This document shows positions 61,375 through 64,000 of a stretch of DNA of 64,000 bases, piece by piece. The notes under the pieces are model-generated. The model made no database searches and was not told the origin of the DNA. It worked only from the letters and a program-made list of their open reading frames with translations. The position numbers and the translations under genes were made by a program. Source of the stretch: Tricharina praecox (taxonomy: Eukaryota). Location of the stretch: the NCBI RefSeq assembly GCF_024521635.1, contig NW_026250418.1, forward strand, positions 1-64,000. Reading direction: 5' to 3'. Numbering within the stretch: the stretch's first letter is position 1; the number at the start of each line of letters is the position of its first letter.

Positions 61375-61893
61375 GTTGGACGTGTACTGATAGTATGAGT
61401 GGCGATAAGTACGAGCGGTGATGAGAGTAGACGCGACGATCCTTGAGTGGGCAATGGGCCTCACTCTTTTTATTTTTTTATTCTTCATTAATAATTTGTG
61501 TGGCTGTGGCTAGGAAAGATACCCGAAGGAGTAAAAAGGGTACCCCTGTCTGCAATCCAGCCGTCGCTCCCCCGCCATGTCGACCACAACCCCGCGCCGC
61601 CGCCGCTGCCGCCGCACCACCCAAATATCCGCGAGGAAGCGTCGCCACGCCTGCCCATGCCTCTTGCTGCCTCCCGTCGCTCGACCGCGCCTCCCCCGCA
61701 CGACGACAAGCTCGCGTTGGACGACGCGTCGACGCGTTCGGTCCATGCATGCAAGGGTGCACAAGGCTCATTCCCGTAGCTACATATGATCCCGACCTTG
61801 ATAAAACCCTGGGCGCGCAGGACGCTGAAATCCAAGCGATCAAATTGCGCCCTTGTTCGATGAGAAGGTGTACGGTCGAGGCTACTAGTAGTT

Positions 61894-62340
61894 CAGTGTT
61901 CTCCATCGTCCGGTCCGGACGGTCGAAATGCCGGATGGTCCGAGCCTGGGACGGACGGGTCGGTCCTCGTCCGACGGTGGAGGACGACCGTCCAAGTCAC
62001 GTGAAAATGATTCGGCTGATTGATAATTTCTTAGCACTGATATCCTACGCACCACCTCATCCCTCACCGCTCCACTAGTTGTGAAAAGTAGCAGTATTCT
62101 GACTCGGACGCCTAAGGTGCGGCGCCCGGCCCCTATCACAGCGCTCTAGGCAATATATCTCACTCGGCCACCCAAGGCCCACGCCAGAAATCAGGTTTTT
62201 ACTCAAGGATTGGCGGATGGCCGTCAACGGCCGTCCTGGGCCTTCCGTCTTGTCCGTCCGCTGAAAAAACCTTGACCGCCACGTCCTAGGCACGGACGGA
62301 CGGGAGGCATGCCGTCCGTCTTCGTCCCAGGCCCAGTAGC
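61894..62340. mobile_element. Degenerate hAT-type termini (GGAC/GTCC-rich fragments)
   Basis: CAGTGTTCTCCATCGTCCGGTCCGGACGG at 61894 resembles the family A terminus, and a second GGACG/CGTCC cluster lies at ~62215-62335. No matched TIR pair or TSD. Confidence 0.5.
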
Positions 62341-62684
62341 GGGCACCGGCGGTCACGTCGCTGTCTATAATAGCCGTCGACTCGACTCACTCGGAGCGCC
62401 TACGATTTGATGGCGACGATTGAGCAAGAGAGAGGGAAATGAAGGAGAAAGGAGTGGTGATAGCGGTGACGGAGAAAGGATCCAGAGGTATTGCACGGAC
62501 CGCGGCGAGGACATGCTTATATAGCTGAGGGTTTCGGACTGTCGGAGAATCTACTCGATAGATATTAATCCATCACTTTCTTCCTCGGCCCTCGAACTTG
62601 GTCTTCTCATTATTTGAGCAGGGTAGGCTGTTCTTGCTCACTCATTCCGTTCGTTCCGACTCGCAGCAAACACAACGTAGGGCA

Positions 62685-62941
62685 CAGTGTTCGACATAGT
62701 CCGGTTGGGACTGCAGCCCGGACCGGACGGACTGCCGAGGTCTGTTCCGGACCGCCTAAAAGTAGTCCGTCCCGTCCATGAATTCCGAGGACTGGAGGGG
62801 ACTGCAGTCGACTGCAGTCCGTCCTGACCTCAAACAATTTCGGACTAGTCCGTCCGAACACCGCTCCCGGACGGACTGCCAATATAGAGTCCAGTCCGGT
62901 CCGAGGCGCAGGACGGACGGGCCGGACTATGTCGAACACTG
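62685..62941 (+). mobile_element. hAT-type MITE, family A, copy 3
   Basis: TIRs CAGTGTTCGACATAGTCCGG...CCGGACTATGTCGAACACTG (20 bp perfect). The interior matches the reverse complement of 37119-37392. Confidence 0.92.
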
Positions 62942-63404
62942 GTATTAGGGCACCCCGGGCGCGATCCAGAGCGTATTGTCCCATCACCGAGTGTCTGGAG
63001 TCAGAGTCGAGGTCCTGGTAATGGAGAGATAGCTGCTGCGCTGGATGACTGTAAACCGGCCTTGAGGAACATTGTGGAGGGCTTTAGGGGATCAATCTCT
63101 AACAGCTGACTCGGTGGCACGGCAGGATACGGCTGGGAGAGAATATTGGTAGGCGAAACGATTGTTGGGATCAAGACTTTACATCTTCGCGGTACCGCTG
63201 TAACTGTTTTTGTCCATCATCATCATCATACGATAACTTCGCAAGGAACGAGCTGTGCAGTGGGGTATGTGGGGTTCGCTTGATTCCGGGCTTCTCCGTT
63301 TGTACCGTGACGTTCGCGACAGTCGTCACCGTTTCATTACACCTACTGAGGGGCGCGAAGGATGAGGCGGCAGGGCGGTACATATAGGTGAGCAACGGAG
63401 GGGT

Positions 63405-63497
63405 GAGACCTTGTTGAGACCTTGTTGAGACCTTGTTGGGACTTGTATTTAGGAGCAGAGACCTTGTTGGGACCAGGGGGGACCTGGTGGGACCTAT
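63405..63497. repeat. 11-bp tandem repeat (GAGACCTTGTT) with degenerate copies
   Basis: tgagaccttgttgagaccttgttgagaccttgttgggac...gagaccttgttgggacc...gacctggtgggacc. Confidence 0.8.
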
Positions 63498-64000
63498 GTG
63501 TTATGGAGGGCAGACCCGATGCGGTCGTTGAACGTTGAAATGTTTTCCGTTGCTGCTTTTCTGTTCGTCTTGTCGGTCCTTCTTTTCAACACAACAGACA
63601 TCATCCTCATACACCTCTCGTTCAATTGAATCACGTTTTATATTCTCGTACCCGTTCTTGGGTCTCATTACCTGTGTCACTCGTCAAAGCCCCACCCAAT
63701 GATTCCACCTCAACCTCCGAGTGCAACGGTCGTGAAAGTCAAAGGACCAATCTTGAGGGTGGAATGCGATGTTTGCTGAAGCTGAGGGTAGGTGCTCGGG
63801 TGGAGGGGTACCTACTCTGTATAGGTTCTAGGTCGCCAGCTGAAAAGGTGACTCTTCCCTGCCAATTCCACGAATGATTGGCCATGACGGTTTTTGGAAC
63901 CCCAAATAGCACGTGGAGCGCACGCAGCCGGCCCTAGTTACATGACAGCGTGAGCTTCAGAGAGAAGGACGACGGATAAAAACCAAAGCGAAGGCGGAGG

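Overview
Eukaryotic DNA from a filamentous ascomycete (short GT-AG introns with CTRAC-type branch sites; Pezizomycotina, possibly Pezizomycetes, which is my inference from gene style). The left half (3-33 kb) holds seven spliceable housekeeping-type genes: a DUF1365 protein, CDK1/Cdc28, an ALKBH1-like 2OG-Fe(II) dioxygenase, a conserved hypothetical protein with an EKER tail, Dug2, Mam3/CNNM and Rei1. An ~11 kb gene-poor, microsatellite-rich stretch interrupts this block. The right half (33-64 kb) is an accessory zone of transposon relics. It has one intact 3-exon membrane protein gene, hAT-type MITEs and deletion derivatives (8-bp TSDs, dimerisation-domain relics), a TA-flanked MITE family with one copy nested in a hAT element, and an intact but DDE-less MULE-like zinc-finger gene. 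It also has a tRNA-like Pol III unit (possible SINE) and two decayed copies of a spliced gene I cannot assign to any family. There is no CRISPR array, rRNA or intact tRNA. All calls come from reading and hand-translating the sequence, and no database search was run.
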